Shown here: in pieces, positions 50,495 to 62,282 of the stretch | How positions within the stretch are numbered: position 1 is the stretch's first letter | Layout: the number at the start of each line of letters is the position of its first letter | Source: Candidatus Entotheonellaceae bacterium | GTDB taxonomy: Bacteria > Tectomicrobia > Entotheonellia > Entotheonellales > Entotheonellaceae | Direction: 5' to 3' | Assembly (NCBI GenBank): GCA_965238075.1 | Contig: OZ250173.1 | Location: forward strand, 512,001-576,000 | Length of the DNA stretch: 64,000 nucleotides | The notes under the pieces: generated by a model | Told to the model about the DNA's origin: nothing | Seen by the model: the letters and a program-made list of their open reading frames with translations, nothing else | The model's database searches: none | Translations under genes and position numbers: made by a program

Positions 50495-51595
50495 CTAAAG
50501 AACGGTCTGTTCGGTCTTCGTATCGAAGAGGTGGGCGCGATCCATATTGAAGCTCACCTGGATTTCGTCGTGCATGCGGGCGCGTAGGGTGGGTTCCATG
50601 CGTGCGGAGAAGTTCTCGCCCTTGCAGGACAATTCCAGGATGATCTCGGCACCGAGTGGTTCAAGCACCTCCACCGTGGCGCTGAGCGGCTCGGAGAAGT
50701 TGCCGTCGCCACTGCCGGCAGGCACCACGTCTTCCGGGCGGATGCCGAAGACGACGGGCTGATTGACGTAACTTTCCACTTGCTTGGCCTTATCGGCAGG
50801 CAACGTCAGGCGGGAGCCTTTAACGTCGACCTGTACGGCGCCGTTGTCCTGCACCAGCATACCCTCCAGGAAATTCATGGCTGGGCTGCCGATGAAACCG
50901 GCCACGAATTGGTTCTGCGGCTCGTTGTAAACCTCCATGGGCGAGCCGACCTGCTGGATGAAGCCGTTGCGCATCACGACGATGCGGTCGCCCATGGTCA
51001 TGGCCTCGACCTGATCGTGGGTGACGTAAATCATGGTGGCATCGAGGCGATCGTGCAGCTTGATGAGCTCGGCGCGCATGTTCACCCGCAGCTTGGCGTC
51101 GAGGTTGCTGAGTGGCTCATCGAACAGGAAAACCTCCGGCTGCCGCACGATCGCTCGTCCAACTGCAACCCGCTGACGCTGCCCGCCGGAGAGCTGCTTC
51201 GGCTTGCGGTCCAGAAGTTCGCCAATGCCCAGGATGTCGGCCGCCGCTTTGACCCGTTGTTCGATTTCGGCTCTGGGCGTGCGGCGCAATTTCAACGAGA
51301 AGGCCATGTTCTTGAAGACGGTCATGTGGGGATAGAGCGCGTAGTTCTGAAACACCATGGCGATATTGCGGTCCTTCGGCGGCACGTCGTTCACCAGCCG
51401 GTCGCCAATACGAATCTCTCCACCAGAAATATCCTCCAAACCGGCAACCATGCGCAGGGTGGTCGTTTTACCGCATCCGGAGGGACCGACCAATACTACA
51501 AATTCTTTGTCCTGAATATCGAGATTCACGCTGTTGACAGCAATCACTTCTTCCGAAAATTTCTTTACAAGATCCCTCAAGATGACCTGTGCCAT
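50495..51595 (-). CDS. Carbohydrate ABC transporter ATPase (MalK/UgpC type)
   Basis: GPSGCGKTT, MVFQNYALYPHM, LSGGQRQRVA, DEPLSNLDAKLR, C-terminal TOBE domain. Confidence 0.92.
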   Translation of the reverse strand: MAQVILRDLVKKFSEEVIAVNSVNLDIQDKEFVVLVGPSGCGKTTTLRMVAGLEDISGGEIRIGDRLVNDVPPKDRNIAMVFQNYALYPHMTVFKNMAFSLKLRRTPRAEIEQRVKAAADILGIGELLDRKPKQLSGGQRQRVAVGRAIVRQPEVFLFDEPLSNLDAKLRVNMRAELIKLHDRLDATMIYVTHDQVEAMTMGDRIVVMRNGFIQQVGSPMEVYNEPQNQFVAGFIGSPAMNFLEGMLVQDNGAVQVDVKGSRLTLPADKAKQVESYVNQPVVFGIRPEDVVPAGSGDGNFSEPLSATVEVLEPLGAEIILELSCKGENFSARMEPTLRARMHDEIQVSFNMDRAHLFDTKTEQTVL

Positions 51596-51912
51596 CGGTG
51601 TCCCTCCTTCATGGCAACTGAATCTCAACCAGTTTGGCCCGCTCCACTGTCTAGGCGGATGCGAACCAGGATAATCCCCGTGCCGGCACCTGACAAGAAG
51701 ATAACCGGAAGAATATCTTCAGGTTTTGGGCACGGTTTAGCGACTATACTACGCGACACGCGCCATATCCAGGAAAACCCTTCGTGCCCCGTGGTAAGCA
51801 CATAACGCTATCAAGTATTTTAGCCAAGTCCTCTCACGACTCATCCGCATTCTTCCCAACTTCGGCAACCCTGGCCTGCACGTCATCCGGCACGTTTGAT
51901 CCCTCCCCCCCC

Positions 51913-52533
51913 CTAGCTAGACCGCCCAGGCGGCGGCGATTTCGACTGCCAGCGCTGTAATTCAGCGACATACTCTTCTTGGTAATCCATGTCCCGCAGG
52001 ATGTCATCGTTTCCGATGGGAAGCTCCAGCGTATCGTGCGGGTTGCCGCGTGTCACCACATTGAGACCTTGATCCGGCGTCAGGGCCAGCACCGCCGGGC
52101 GATAAACCGCCGCCAGGAGCAAGGGATGGCCGCGCTTACCTCGCCAAACGGGGATGACCAGGCCCTTCTGGGTGCGGGCATGAGCCGCCAGAAGCTGTTG
52201 GATAACCGGGCGACCGATTTGCGGTTGATCGACGAGCGCTAACAGATAGGCGTCCGGAGCGGGATCGAGCGAGCGCAGGGCAACCTGCACGGAGGACGTC
52301 ATGCCAAGCCGGTAGTCCGGGTTGTGAAACAGTCGAACGGGCAAGGGTTCCAGCACCGCAGCGATTTCCTCGGCGCGATGCCCAAGGACAACGGCCACTT
52401 CCGACAAGTCGGCGCTCAGAAGGGGTTGCAGAACCTGCTCGATGACCGTGCGGGAGCCAAACGGAAGCAGGGCTTTCAATTGCCCCATGCGGCGGGATTC
52501 TCCGGCAGCCAGCACCACCCCTGCAACGCGCAT
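51913..52533 (-). CDS. mocA: Molybdenum cofactor cytidylyltransferase (MocA-like)
   Basis: VLAAGESRRMG..KALL, NPDY..GMTSS, LVDQP, RGHP; downstream of moeA. Confidence 0.8.
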   Translation of the reverse strand: MRVAGVVLAAGESRRMGQLKALLPFGSRTVIEQVLQPLLSADLSEVAVVLGHRAEEIAAVLEPLPVRLFHNPDYRLGMTSSVQVALRSLDPAPDAYLLALVDQPQIGRPVIQQLLAAHARTQKGLVIPVWRGKRGHPLLLAAVYRPAVLALTPDQGLNVVTRGNPHDTLELPIGNDDILRDMDYQEEYVAELQRWQSKSPPPGRSS

Positions 52534-52541
52534 CGGTCCAC

Positions 52542-53852
52542 CTAGCCGGCCACGTACGGCTCGGTTTCAGGATGATCCAGCAGGATGGCGCTCACCGTCT
52601 CACCGGCGGCAAACGGCTCGGCGCGCTTGGGCAGCGCCAGCAGGCCGTTGGCGCCGACCATCGACAGCAGCCGTGCCGAGGATTGCATGCCGGTGCTGTG
52701 GGCCGTGAAACCCTGTGGCGTGCGCGTGAGGTGCACCCGGTGAAATTCAGGCCGCCAAGCGTCACCCTGAAGCTCGGTCGCCAGCGTCACGGGCACGCGG
52801 GGACGCAGGACGTGATGGTGACCGGCCATACGCAGCAAGGCGGGCCGCACGAAAAGCTCGAACGCCACTAATGACGACACCGGAAAGCCGGGCAGCGCGA
52901 AGACGGGCTTGTCGGCCACAGTGGCAAAGGTGAGCGGCTTGCCGGGCTTCATATTGACGCGCCCGAAGTGCACTTGGCCGGTGGTTTCGAGAATAGGCTT
53001 AATGAGGTCCAGCTTGCCCATCGAAACGCCGCCCGAGGTGACCAGGGCGTTGCACGTCGTCAAACCCTCGAGGATTTTGTCGCGCAACGCCTCCTGCGTA
53101 TCACTGCCGATGCCCAGCGAAACGGCCTCCGCGCCGGCACGCTGCACCGCGGCCATAAGCGTGTACCGGTTGCTGTCGCGAATTTGTCCAGGGCCGGGGC
53201 TGGCGTCGGGCTCGACGATCTCGTTGCCGCTGGACAGAACCGCGACCCGCGGGCGGGCATGCGCAAGTATGGTGGTGCGTCCAAGGCTGGCCAGCAAGCC
53301 GATCTCCTGCGGTCCCAGACGCGTGCCGGCCTGCAGAACTTGTTGCCCCTTGGCAATATCCTGCGCCACCGGCCGCACCTCGGCGTTTGGGCTGACCTGT
53401 CGATGCAGGGTCACCATCCCCCGCGCCTCCTCGGTGTATTCCACCATGATGACCGCGTCGGCGCCTGACGGCATCGGCGCACCCGTGGTGATGCGCACGC
53501 AGGTGCCGGGCTCAACATGCAGGTCGGCCACATAACCGGCCGTCTGCTCGCCGATCAAGCGGCGCGGGTTGGTGGTGTCGGCGGCAATCACCGCGAAGCC
53601 GTCCTTAATGCTGCACGGAAACGGCGGCAAGTCCTCGGTGGCCTGAATGCCCTCGGCCAGAATCAGGTCGAGCGCGTCAAACGTCGAGATAGGCCGAGGG
53701 GCCAAGCGGGCTGTCTGCTTGAGAACAATATCGAGCGCCACCTCGGGTTCGATCGTGTCGTAATCACGCATGAGGTCGTTCACTTTGATTGAGGGTCGAG
53801 GCGTGAGAGTCGGTAATCCGTACCTCTCCAACGGGGGCGTATTGTCAGCCAA
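52542..53852 (-). CDS. moeA: Molybdopterin molybdotransferase
   Basis: PPF..S.KDGFA, ITTGAPMP.GADAV, SGNE, IRDSN, TSGGVSMG, MKPGKP, LPGFPVS. Confidence 0.92.
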   Translation of the reverse strand: MADNTPPLERYGLPTLTPRPSIKVNDLMRDYDTIEPEVALDIVLKQTARLAPRPISTFDALDLILAEGIQATEDLPPFPCSIKDGFAVIAADTTNPRRLIGEQTAGYVADLHVEPGTCVRITTGAPMPSGADAVIMVEYTEEARGMVTLHRQVSPNAEVRPVAQDIAKGQQVLQAGTRLGPQEIGLLASLGRTTILAHARPRVAVLSSGNEIVEPDASPGPGQIRDSNRYTLMAAVQRAGAEAVSLGIGSDTQEALRDKILEGLTTCNALVTSGGVSMGKLDLIKPILETTGQVHFGRVNMKPGKPLTFATVADKPVFALPGFPVSSLVAFELFVRPALLRMAGHHHVLRPRVPVTLATELQGDAWRPEFHRVHLTRTPQGFTAHSTGMQSSARLLSMVGANGLLALPKRAEPFAAGETVSAILLDHPETEPYVAG

Positions 53853-53887
53853 TTTCCCGAAGCCCGCAACCTAAAAGGCGGTTCGCG

Positions 53888-54703
53888 TCAAGGCCCGAGC
53901 TGGTCCGCCACCGCGGCGCCGAGGGCCACCGCCTCTTGGCAGCCCTGCCGCATCTCCGGCGCGCCAAAGCCGGGGCGCCACGTCGGGTGATAGCACTCGT
54001 CGGAAACCACCAGCAGCGCCGCCACCTCGCAGCCGCGGTAGGCCGCCACCGAAAGCAAGGCCGCCATTTCCATGTCAACGGCCTGCACGCCGGCGGCCCG
54101 AAAACCGGCGATCTTCCCCGCCGTTTCGCGGTATGGCGCGTCCGTGCTCCACAATCGGCCTTGCTTGACACCCACGCCCTGACGCTCCGCCTCTTCCTGA
54201 AGCAGAGCAGCCATCGCCGGCGCCGCCGTTGGCTCGACCCCGGCGGATAGATAGTGGTACGACGTGCCTTCTTCCCGGATCGCCTGCTGCGGGATGAACA
54301 GGTTGCCGATGGTGAGAACCGGATCCAATGCGCCGCAAAATCCGAGATACAGGAACCGCCGGGCACCGAGTGCGATTAGCTGTTCCAACAGCATCACCGC
54401 CACCGGCGCCCCGATGGGCGATGCCAGCGTGGAAAACGCCCGGCCTTCCGGGTTGTACCACGCCTGCCGCATGATCGGCTGCGGCTGCGGCGCAGGCATA
54501 TCCAGATGCCGTAACAAGCGGTGCTGCAGCACCGGGATGAAAGTCAGCAGGACAACCTGACGCACGTCGAGGTCGGCGGGCCCAACCCCATATTGCGCCA
54601 GTACGTGCGCCAGGAAATCCGCCGGCTCGATCCGGGAGGCCGGTTCGACGGACAGGAACTGATCGGGTGTCAATGGAAATGCCTTCCGGTTTGATGCTAG
54701 CAT
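53888..54703 (-). CDS. Nucleoside phosphorylase (PNP/UDP family)
   Basis: IGAP.A..LLEQL, GFCGAL, REEGTSYHY, WSTDAPYRET, AVDME, VSD; start uncertain. Confidence 0.85.
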   Translation of the reverse strand: MLASNRKAFPLTPDQFLSVEPASRIEPADFLAHVLAQYGVGPADLDVRQVVLLTFIPVLQHRLLRHLDMPAPQPQPIMRQAWYNPEGRAFSTLASPIGAPVAVMLLEQLIALGARRFLYLGFCGALDPVLTIGNLFIPQQAIREEGTSYHYLSAGVEPTAAPAMAALLQEEAERQGVGVKQGRLWSTDAPYRETAGKIAGFRAAGVQAVDMEMAALLSVAAYRGCEVAALLVVSDECYHPTWRPGFGAPEMRQGCQEAVALGAAVADQLGP

Positions 54704-54736
54704 TTGGCTTTCCCAAATGTTTGGCTTTCCCAAATG
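54701..54736. repeat. Perfect 17-bp tandem duplication with dyad symmetry
   Basis: TTTGGCTTTCCCAAATG at 54703-54719 and 54720-54736; CATTTGG-N5-CCAAATG palindrome at 54701-54719. Confidence 0.9.
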
Positions 54737-54843
54737 TAGGGAACAACCAAACTGTGACACGCGGGCACCTGCGTGACAAGCCGCCGCGGCTCGGACGTCT
54801 GTCACACATCCATGCCCTACTCTATTTCACAAAGGAACGCATC

Positions 54844-55359
54844 ATGACCCAGCCTGTGGTAACCGTTGTCATGGGCAGCGCCTCCGATTGGCCGATCATG
54901 CAGAGCGCCGCGGAAATGCTGGACCGCTTTCAAGTACCCTACGAGGTGACGATCAGTTCGGCACACCGTGCCCCGCAACGCACCGGGGCGCTCGCACGCG
55001 ACGCTGCTGGGAGGGGTATCAAGGTCATCATTGCCGGTGCTGGCGGAGCCGCCCATCTTGCCGGGGTGGTTGCCGCCGAAACCACGCTGCCGGTTATCGG
55101 CGTGCCCATTGATTCGTCGTCTTTGCAAGGCCTTGACGCCCTCTTGGCAACGGTGCAGATGCCGCGCGGCGTTCCGGTCGCCACGGTCGCCATCGGCAAA
55201 GCAGGAGCAGCCAATGCCGGCGTGCTGGCGGCGCAGATCGTTGCGCTGACGGCGACGGACGTGTCGGAACGCCTGCGGCACTACAAGGCCGAACTGGCTT
55301 CCGGCGTCGAGAAAGCCGCCGAAACCCTGCAGGCGCAATTGGCGGAAACCGGTGCATGA
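54844..55359 (+). CDS. purE: N5-CAIR mutase
   Basis: MGSASD, SAHR, AGAGGAAHL.G, PVIGVP, VQMP.GVPVATV. Confidence 0.95.
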   Translation: MTQPVVTVVMGSASDWPIMQSAAEMLDRFQVPYEVTISSAHRAPQRTGALARDAAGRGIKVIIAGAGGAAHLAGVVAAETTLPVIGVPIDSSSLQGLDALLATVQMPRGVPVATVAIGKAGAANAGVLAAQIVALTATDVSERLRHYKAELASGVEKAAETLQAQLAETGA

Positions 55360-56021
55360 CGCGTTGTGTCAAAGTCGATCCGCAATGCCCGGCATCGGGC
55401 GTGCTCGACGATGCCGCGTCCATACTGCGGCGCGGCGGCATCGTGGCCTACCTGACGGACACCGTCTACGGCTTGGCAGTGAACGCTCGGCTGCCGCAAG
55501 CCATCGCCGGCCTGTATGCCCTCAAGGGCCGCTCATCCGATAAGGCCATCCCGCTGATCATCGGCGCGCCGGAGCAGCTTTCAGATGTTGCCGTCGCCTG
55601 GCCGCGACGCGCTGAAGCGCTCATGGCGGCATTCTGGCCCGGCCCGCTTACGCTGCTGCTGTCGCCGCATCCGAACCTGCCGGCCACGCTGCTCGGCAAC
55701 ACCGGACGCATCGGCGTGCGCTGGCCAGACTCGCCGCTCAGCCAAGGTCTCGCGCTGCGCGTCGGCAGTGCCATCACCGCTTCCAGCGCCAATCGCTCCG
55801 GCGCTGCCGCCGCCTTGAGCGCCGCTGAGGTGGAGGCACAGCTTGCCCCGGACGTCGATCTTATTCTTGACGCTGGTCGCGCCAACGAACCGCAGGTTTC
55901 GACCATCCTCGATATCACCGTCGAACCGCCACGCATGATCCGTGCCGGCAAAATTCCACAGGAAGCCATTGAATCCGTGCTGGGTTGCGGAATCACGAAA
56001 AACCGCACAGAAAAAGGCTGA
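55356..56021 (+). CDS. tsaC: Threonylcarbamoyl-AMP synthase (YrdC/Sua5)
   Basis: TDTVYGL, KGR, FWPGPLT, SANRSG, STI.D. Confidence 0.9.
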   Translation: MTRCVKVDPQCPASGVLDDAASILRRGGIVAYLTDTVYGLAVNARLPQAIAGLYALKGRSSDKAIPLIIGAPEQLSDVAVAWPRRAEALMAAFWPGPLTLLLSPHPNLPATLLGNTGRIGVRWPDSPLSQGLALRVGSAITASSANRSGAAAALSAAEVEAQLAPDVDLILDAGRANEPQVSTILDITVEPPRMIRAGKIPQEAIESVLGCGITKNRTEKG

Positions 56022-56026
56022 AAGGG

Positions 56027-56055
56027 TTGACACTATGGGGAGCGACTCGTATAGT
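56027..56055 (+). promoter_or_regulatory. Sigma70 promoter upstream of rho
   Basis: TTGACA-N17-TATAGT. Confidence 0.75.
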
Positions 56056-56537
56056 CTTGCGGAATTCATCCAAACGAACCCCGCAGAGGTTGTTTCAACA
56101 CCACGCTGCCTTGTTTCCCGCAGCGGTCGGCCTATCCGGTACAGGATTTCATTGCACAAATAACCAGCCATCCCAGAGCCATCCGACGAAGGGGTTATAT
56201 CCTCTGCCGAGCGTAAGGATTTCCCTCTGCATGGCATCATGCTTGCCTACGGTAAATGGACACGCCCTTCTCAAGGGATGCGAGTTAGCGCGCGCAGCGT
56301 AGGTTGTGCAAGGGTCCTCATCCATTCTTACCATGGTTTTCATAAATTCCATCGTGGCTTCCCTTGTTCGTCCGGCGTTGTATACCGTCAAGCGGTTCAC
56401 CGACCCATATAAGTGAGGAGTGCCAGTTTCATGGCCTACTGCTGTCACAGTTGCAAGGGCAGTAACCGAGGACAGAATATCCTACGTACGCATGCCCCCA
56501 GCTATATGCATGCGACTTATGGAGGTTGAGAGGACAT

Positions 56538-57833
56538 ATGGCAGTTGAGACCACTCTTGAAATCCCGGCCTTGCACAAAGGGCGCTTGAACATCGTCGAA
56601 TTGAAAGAAATGACTATCGCGGATCTCGCCGACGTGGCCAAGCAACTCCACGTAGGCGGGGCCAGCGGTTTACGCAAACAGGAGTTGATCTTCAAGATTC
56701 TGGAAGCTCAGACGGAGAAAAACGGCTTGATATTCGGGGAGGGCGTTCTGGAAATCCTGCCTGACGGCTTCGGATTCCTGCGGGCGCCCAGTTACAACTA
56801 TCTTCCCGGGCCGGACGATATCTACGTCTCACCCTCGCAGATACGCCGCTTCGACCTCCACACCGGCGACACCATCTCCGGCCAAGTCAGGCCGCCCAAG
56901 GACAGCGAGCGCTATTTCGCCCTGCTCAAGGTTGAGGCCATCAATTTCGAAAATCCTGAACTGGCCAAGGACAAAATTCTCTTCGACAACCTCACGCCGC
57001 TATACCCCGACGCCCGCATTCATCTTGAAACCGATCCTACCGACACTTCAACCCGGGTCATGGACCTGCTGACACCCATCGGCAAGGGACAGCGCGGCCT
57101 CATCGTGGCGCCACCGCGCACGGGTAAAACCATGCTCCTGCAATCGATCGCCCGCAGCGTGACGCGCAATCATCCGGAAATTGTCCTGATCGTGTTGCTG
57201 ATCGACGAGCGCCCGGAGGAAGTCACCGACATGCAGCGTTCGGTCAAAGGCGAGGTGGTGAGTTCGACCTTCGATGAACCCGCTACCCGCCACGTGCAGG
57301 TGGCCGAAATGGTCATCGAGAAAGCCAAACGCTTGGTCGAGCACAAGCGCGACGTGGTGATCCTGCTCGACAGTATCACGCGCTTGGCGCGCGCTTATAA
57401 CACCATCGTGCCACCGAGCGGCAAGGTGCTCTCCGGCGGCGTTGATTCCAACGCCCTGCAAAAGCCGAAACGCTTCTTCGGCGCCGCCCGTAATATCGAG
57501 GAGGGCGGCAGTATGACCATCATCGCCACGGCTTTGGTGGAAACCGGCAGCCGCATGGACGAGGTCATCTTCGAGGAGTTCAAGGGCACCGGCAACATGG
57601 AAATCCACCTCGACCGCCGCCTGGTTGACAAGCGAGTCTTCCCGGCTATCGACGTCAACCGCTCCGGTACCCGCAAGGAAGAGTTGCTGCTTGATGAATA
57701 CGAGCTCAACCGTGTGTGGGTGCTGCGAAAGGTCCTGAACCCGCTGAATACGGTCGACAGCATGGAACTGCTGATCAACAAGATCAAAGAGAGCCAGACG
57801 AATGGCGATTTTCTCCGTTCGATGAACAGCTGA
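56538..57833 (+). CDS. rho: Transcription termination factor Rho
   Basis: [52 protein letters not shown]. Confidence 0.97.
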   Translation: MAVETTLEIPALHKGRLNIVELKEMTIADLADVAKQLHVGGASGLRKQELIFKILEAQTEKNGLIFGEGVLEILPDGFGFLRAPSYNYLPGPDDIYVSPSQIRRFDLHTGDTISGQVRPPKDSERYFALLKVEAINFENPELAKDKILFDNLTPLYPDARIHLETDPTDTSTRVMDLLTPIGKGQRGLIVAPPRTGKTMLLQSIARSVTRNHPEIVLIVLLIDERPEEVTDMQRSVKGEVVSSTFDEPATRHVQVAEMVIEKAKRLVEHKRDVVILLDSITRLARAYNTIVPPSGKVLSGGVDSNALQKPKRFFGAARNIEEGGSMTIIATALVETGSRMDEVIFEEFKGTGNMEIHLDRRLVDKRVFPAIDVNRSGTRKEELLLDEYELNRVWVLRKVLNPLNTVDSMELLINKIKESQTNGDFLRSMNS

Positions 57834-57903
57834 GAAAGCCTGCGGGCGCCTTCCCTCTTGCGAATGCCATTCGGCCTTGGATATCCAAACCCAGGAGAAA
57901 AGC

Positions 57904-58113
57904 ATGAGACCGGACATTCACCCCAAATACATTGAAACGACGATTTCTTGCGCCTGCGGCAGCACCTATGCGACGCGCTCCACCGTTCCCGATCTGCGCG
58001 TGGCCATCTGCTCCAAATGCCACCCGTTCTTTACCGGACGGCAGCGTTTGGTTGATACGGCCGGCCGGGTTGAGAAATTCCAGCGCAAATACGGCCGAAA
58101 GCCGATCGAATAA
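57904..58113 (+). CDS. rpmE: 50S ribosomal protein L31 (Zn-binding type)
   Basis: [29 protein letters not shown]. Confidence 0.95.
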   Translation: MRPDIHPKYIETTISCACGSTYATRSTVPDLRVAICSKCHPFFTGRQRLVDTAGRVEKFQRKYGRKPIE

Positions 58114-58136
58114 GCAGACGCAGGACGGATCGACCT

Positions 58137-59225
58137 ATGTTCGAGAAATTGGAATCCATTGTCCAACGGCACGACGAGTTGAGCGGCTTTCTGAGCGATC
58201 CGGCGGTCCTTGCCGACTCGGAAAAGCTGCGCGATTACGCCAAGGAGCAAGCCGAGTTACGGCCTGCCGTGGCTGCCTATCAGACCTATCAGACCGCCCA
58301 ACAGGACTTGCAGGAATACCAGGAACTCCTGGCCAGTGAAGACCCGGAGGGCGATCTTGCCGGTTCCATCCGTGATGAAATCGGCGTCCTGAAGACCCGT
58401 TTGGAAACGCTGGAAGAGGACTTGCGTCTTTTGCTACTGCCGCGCGATCCACACGACGACCGCAGCGTGATCATGGAGATACGGGCCGGCACCGGCGGCG
58501 ATGAAGCCGCGCTGTTCGCCAGCGATCTGTTCCGCATGTACGGCCGCTATGCCGAATCGCAGCGTTGGCGGGTCGAGGTACTGAGCGTCAACCCCACCGA
58601 AACCGGCGGTATGAAGGAAGTCGTCGCCTCGGTCGACGGCCAACAGGTGTACAGCAAGCTGAAATGGGAGAGCGGCACCCACCGCGTGCAGCGCGTGCCA
58701 GCCACGGAAACGCAGGGCCGCATCCACACCTCAGCGGTCACGGTCGCCATCCTGCCGGAGGCCGAGGAAGTGGATATCGACATCGACCCGGCTGACCTGC
58801 GCATCGACGTGTTTCGCTCGTCCGGCCCCGGCGGTCAAAGCGTCAACACCACCGATTCCGCCGTGCGGGTGACGTACGAGCCGAAAGACCGCAAGGACCT
58901 GCGCATCGTGGTGACCTGCCAGGATGAAAAATCCCAGCACAAGAATCGCGCTAAGGCTCTCAAAGTGCTGCGCGCCCGCCTGCTCGACGTCCTTGAGAGC
59001 GAACACCAGGCGCAACTGTCCAAACAGCGCCGCGCGCAAATCGGCAGCGGCGACCGCAGCGAGCGCATCCGCACCTACAACTTCCCGCAGAGCCGCATTA
59101 CCGATCATCGCATCCATCTCACCCTCTACAAGCTGGAGCAGGTGATGGAAGGGAATCTCGGCGCACTGATCGAGGCCCTGTCGCTTGCCGACCGCGCGGC
59201 CAAACTGGAAGCCGTGGCGTCATGA
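58137..59225 (+). CDS. prfA: Peptide chain release factor 1
   Basis: [21 protein letters not shown] (PxT), [18 protein letters not shown]. Confidence 0.96.
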   Translation: MFEKLESIVQRHDELSGFLSDPAVLADSEKLRDYAKEQAELRPAVAAYQTYQTAQQDLQEYQELLASEDPEGDLAGSIRDEIGVLKTRLETLEEDLRLLLLPRDPHDDRSVIMEIRAGTGGDEAALFASDLFRMYGRYAESQRWRVEVLSVNPTETGGMKEVVASVDGQQVYSKLKWESGTHRVQRVPATETQGRIHTSAVTVAILPEAEEVDIDIDPADLRIDVFRSSGPGGQSVNTTDSAVRVTYEPKDRKDLRIVVTCQDEKSQHKNRAKALKVLRARLLDVLESEHQAQLSKQRRAQIGSGDRSERIRTYNFPQSRITDHRIHLTLYKLEQVMEGNLGALIEALSLADRAAKLEAVAS

Positions 59226-60100
59226 GTTTGGCGCTCCGCACGGCGTTGCAGGGCGCCGCGCGATGTCTGGAACGGCGCCAGGTTGATGAACCGTTGGCCG
59301 ACGCCGAAGTCCTCCTCGCCGATGTCTTGACGCTGCCGCGCCTGAATCTCTATATTGACGCCCATCGCCCCCTCAGTGACGCGCAGCATCACGCCTATCT
59401 GGCCCATCTCTGTCGCCGGATGCAGGGCGAGCCGGTACAGTACATCACGGGCAAGCAGGAATTCTGTTCGCTAAGCTTTGAGGTGAATCCTCAGGTTCTC
59501 ATTCCGCGGCCGGAGAGTGAGTTGCTGGTCGAGCACGGGGTACGCTGGGCAAGGCAGTGGGCGAAGCGGCATGGAGAATCAGACCTGCGGTGCTTGGACG
59601 TGGGCGCCGGCAGCGGCAATCTGGGAATCAGCCTGTTGCACGAACTGCCGGAATGCCGCGTTGGCGCGATTGATTCCAGCTTGGCGGCCCTGAAGGTCGC
59701 AAGGCGCAACGCACGGCAACTGGACGTCGCCGACCGGTGGTTCGGGCTATGCGGGGATCTGTTGGAGCCGCTGCTCCCCGATCCGTCAGGCTTTGCCGTG
59801 TGCGTGGCCAACCTGCCGTACGTCACCGCAGCCGAGTGGCAAGCATTGCCGCCGCACGTCAAGGACCATGAACCCGTCACCGCGTTACTGGGCGGTACGG
59901 ACGGCCTGGACGTGATTCGCCGCTTGATCGCCACGGCACCGGACATGCTCGCATCCCAGGGTATGCTGCTTCTGGAGGTAGGCTGGCAGCAGGCCAGCGC
60001 CGTGCAAGCCATCATGCGGCAGACGGCGCGGTTCGAGGCCACCGGGGTGCACCGGGATTTCGCCGGGATCGACCGCGTGGTGTGGGCCCGTATGCCGTAG
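59222..60100 (+). CDS. prmC: Release factor glutamine methyltransferase
   Basis: [34 protein letters not shown]; overlaps prfA stop. Confidence 0.92.
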   Translation: MSLALRTALQGAARCLERRQVDEPLADAEVLLADVLTLPRLNLYIDAHRPLSDAQHHAYLAHLCRRMQGEPVQYITGKQEFCSLSFEVNPQVLIPRPESELLVEHGVRWARQWAKRHGESDLRCLDVGAGSGNLGISLLHELPECRVGAIDSSLAALKVARRNARQLDVADRWFGLCGDLLEPLLPDPSGFAVCVANLPYVTAAEWQALPPHVKDHEPVTALLGGTDGLDVIRRLIATAPDMLASQGMLLLEVGWQQASAVQAIMRQTARFEATGVHRDFAGIDRVVWARMP

Positions 60101-60180
60101 CCTTTGAATCGCCCTCGCAGGCCGCGCGCGCCTGAATTTTTGTCCATGACGTGTTTTCGTATCAGCAAGGAGCCGTCCGT

Positions 60181-60768
60181 ATGGAACGCCAAAGCACCAT
60201 CCATCGCCAAACCGCCGAAACCGATATTCAGGTGTCGCTCGACCTCGACGGCAGCGGGGTCTACACCGTACGAACCGAAATCCCATTCCTCGACCACATG
60301 CTGAGCATGGTGGCACGGCACGGCTTTTTCGACCTGGAAGTCTCTGCCTCCGGCGACCTCGACGTTGATTACCATCACACGGTCGAAGACGTGGGCATCT
60401 GCCTCGGTCAGGCCTTCCATCAAGCCATGGGAAGCAAGCAGGGCCTGCGGCGCTACGCCTCGGCAAGCGTGCCGCTGGAAGAAACCCTGGCGAGCGTCGT
60501 GGTCGACTTCTGCGACCGGCCTTACCTGGTCTACAACGTCGACATTCCTCCAGGACGCATCGGCACTTTCGACGTCGAGCTGGTCGAAACGTTTTTCCTG
60601 GGCTTTGCCAGCCACAGCCGCGCCACGCTGCACTGCAACCTGCAATACGGCCGCAACCGTCACCACATCGCCGAAGCCGTGTTCAAAGCCTTCAGCCGCG
60701 CCGCCGATGAGGCGACGACTCTTGACACCCGCCTCGCCGGGCTGCTGACAACCAAGGATGCCTTCTGA
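60181..60768 (+). CDS. hisB: Imidazoleglycerol-phosphate dehydratase
   Basis: FLDHML, DYHHTVED, NRHHIAEAVFK. Confidence 0.95.
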   Translation: MERQSTIHRQTAETDIQVSLDLDGSGVYTVRTEIPFLDHMLSMVARHGFFDLEVSASGDLDVDYHHTVEDVGICLGQAFHQAMGSKQGLRRYASASVPLEETLASVVVDFCDRPYLVYNVDIPPGRIGTFDVELVETFFLGFASHSRATLHCNLQYGRNRHHIAEAVFKAFSRAADEATTLDTRLAGLLTTKDAF

Positions 60769-60780
60769 CGGGAATTGCGC

Positions 60781-61470
60781 ATGCTGGCCATTGTGGACTA
60801 CGGTAGGGGAAACCTGAGAAGCGTACAAAACGGCTTCCGCCAAATCGGTGCTGCCGCCCAGGTGAGCGGCGACCCGGAGACGATTGCCAAGGCTGACGGC
60901 GTCGTCTTTCCCGGCGTTGGCGCCTTTCGCGACTGCATGCAGAACCTCGCCGCCCGCGGTCTGGACGAGGCGCTGCGCCAAGTCATCCGGGACGGCAAGC
61001 CGGTGCTGGCCATCTGCGTTGGCATGCAGGCGCTGTTGTCCGAGAGCGAAGAGTTCGGCACCACGCCGGGCCTGGACATCGTGGCGGGTCAAGTGCGCCG
61101 CTTTCCACAGCCGGCACCTCACAGTTCGCCGTGCGACAGCACCACACAGCCTCAATCGCCGCGGCTAGCGCCCACCGCGCCAATCGCCGCGCGCCAGCGC
61201 CTCAAAGTGCCGCACATGGGCTGGAACCAGCTCCACCTGCACCGCCCCTGCCCGCTTCTGAACGGCCTGCCCGAGCGCGTTTATACCTACTTCGTGCACT
61301 CCTACTACGCTATCCCGACTGAGTCCGCGGTGGTGGTCGCCTCCACGGATTACGGGGTCGAGTTTGCCTCGGTGCTGTGGCGTGATAATCTGTACGCCAC
61401 ACAGTTTCACCCCGAAAAGAGCCAGACGTGGGGGCTGCGCATTCTGCGCAACTTTGCCCAACTGCTATAG
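60781..61470 (+). CDS. hisH: Imidazole glycerol phosphate synthase glutaminase subunit
   Basis: [42 protein letters not shown]. Confidence 0.95.
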   Translation: MLAIVDYGRGNLRSVQNGFRQIGAAAQVSGDPETIAKADGVVFPGVGAFRDCMQNLAARGLDEALRQVIRDGKPVLAICVGMQALLSESEEFGTTPGLDIVAGQVRRFPQPAPHSSPCDSTTQPQSPRLAPTAPIAARQRLKVPHMGWNQLHLHRPCPLLNGLPERVYTYFVHSYYAIPTESAVVVASTDYGVEFASVLWRDNLYATQFHPEKSQTWGLRILRNFAQLL

Positions 61471-61484
61471 GAACGCGACCGGCG

Positions 61485-62278
<794 letters not shown>

Positions 62279-62282
<4 letters not shown>

